Assembly: GCF_001194135.2 (NCBI RefSeq)
Contig: NC_068994.1
Coordinates: 18,377,198-18,441,197, forward strand
Direction of reading: 5' to 3'
Source: Octopus bimaculoides
Taxonomy: Eukaryota
DNA: 64,000 nucleotides
In this document: positions 63,022-64,000 of the stretch, piece after piece
Layout: each line of letters begins with the position of its first letter
Numbering within the stretch: position 1 is the first letter of the stretch
Position numbers and translations under genes: made by a program
The notes under the pieces: generated by a model
The model's input: the letters and a program-made list of their open reading frames with translations, nothing else
Database searches by the model: none
What the model was told of the DNA's origin: nothing

Positions 63022-63590
63022 GGGGCACTGTCTTCGTCCAATCTAGAAAAAAATATATATTCTTCTGTTGTCACTGATAATATCAAAACAAATTATTAAC
63101 AAAGTGCAAGTTAATTATTCCACAAAGAGTTAAAATTGCAATAATTTGACCTTTAAAGCTTTGTCATTTTACTTAGTATAGTTGTCAGATCTATAAAAGC
63201 AATGACACAGAAGAATATCAATTTGCATCAATATATTTTTGTTTACACTTTTTGGTTGTGCTTTGTGATCTTTATTTCATACAAAAAAAAAAAAAAGAAG
63301 ATTATTTCATGTCTTCATCAATCAACTGGCAAAGTTGTTGGAGTATTGGATAAAATATGTTGTCTTTGTTCCAGCTCTCTGTGCTCTGAGTGCAAATCCC
63401 AGAATGATCAATTCAGTCTTTCATCCTTCTGTAAACTTTAACCTTTTAGCATTTAAACCAGCTACATTCAGCCCAAATATCCTACCTCTTTTATGTTCAA
63501 AACTAGCCAAATCTGGTCTCTCATACCTATCCCTACAATGTCCTTCTAAAAATAAACAATTACATCATCGAAATCTCAAAACTATGAGAT

Positions 63591-64000
63591 ACTCTTTTTA
63601 CTCTTTTACTTGTTTCAGTCATTCGACTGTGGCCATGCTGGAGCACCACCTTTAGTCGAGCAAATCGACCCCAGGACTTATTCTTTGTAAGCCTAGTACT
63701 TATTCTATCGGTCTCTGTTGCCGAACTGCTAAGTCACGGGGACGTAAACGCACCAGCATCAGTTGTCAAGCGATGTTGGGGGGACAAACACAGACACACA
63801 AACATATACACACACCCACACATACATACATATATACGACGGGCTTCTTTCAGTTTCCGTCTACCAAATCCACTCACAAGGCTTTGGTCGGCCTGAGGCT
63901 ATAGTAGAAGACACTTGCCCAAGGTGCCACACAGTGGGACTGAACCCGGAACCATGTGGTTGGTAAGCGAGCTACTTACCACAGAGCCACTCCTACACCT
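63591..64000 (-). mobile_element. young family A SINE inserted in an H1 MITE (63442-63590)
   Basis: Full copy, reverse complement. Confidence 0.9.

Overview
AT-rich, repeat-dense eukaryotic DNA with four N gaps. The repeat repertoire (tRNA-head SINEs carrying CA/TA microsatellites, RTE LINE ends with GAT tails) points to an octopod cephalopod (Octopus); this is inferred, not verified. One gene is supported: neuralized (neur/NEURL1-type E3 ligase) on the minus strand. It has a confident 495-nt phase-1/phase-1 exon encoding NHR1 (18013-18507) and a splice-compatible candidate first coding exon (26208-26451) inside a ~5 kb SINE-free island. No further neur exon was found, so the next intron is over 18 kb or an exon lies in a gap. 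The rest is layered mobile DNA: at least five SINE types (labels A, B, D, E, F and RTE 3' UTR family C are my own), RTE, CR1/Jockey, RLE-type and Penelope retroelement fossils, two DD37D (maT) mariner deletion derivatives, pogo-, hAT- and piggyBac-type MITEs, and a Chapaev-like fossil. Top findings: (1) a structurally complete minimal type I hammerhead ribozyme at 48899-48938 (-), plus several partial or decayed hammerheads, mostly in short inserts within TA microsatellites and often inside the central microsatellite of family A SINEs; (2) a 5S rRNA fragment joined to a SINE-type tail (candidate SINE3); (3) the candidate alternative neur N-terminal exon; (4) a ~275-bp foldback. All alignments were done by eye, and repeat boundaries are approximate unless TSDs are given.
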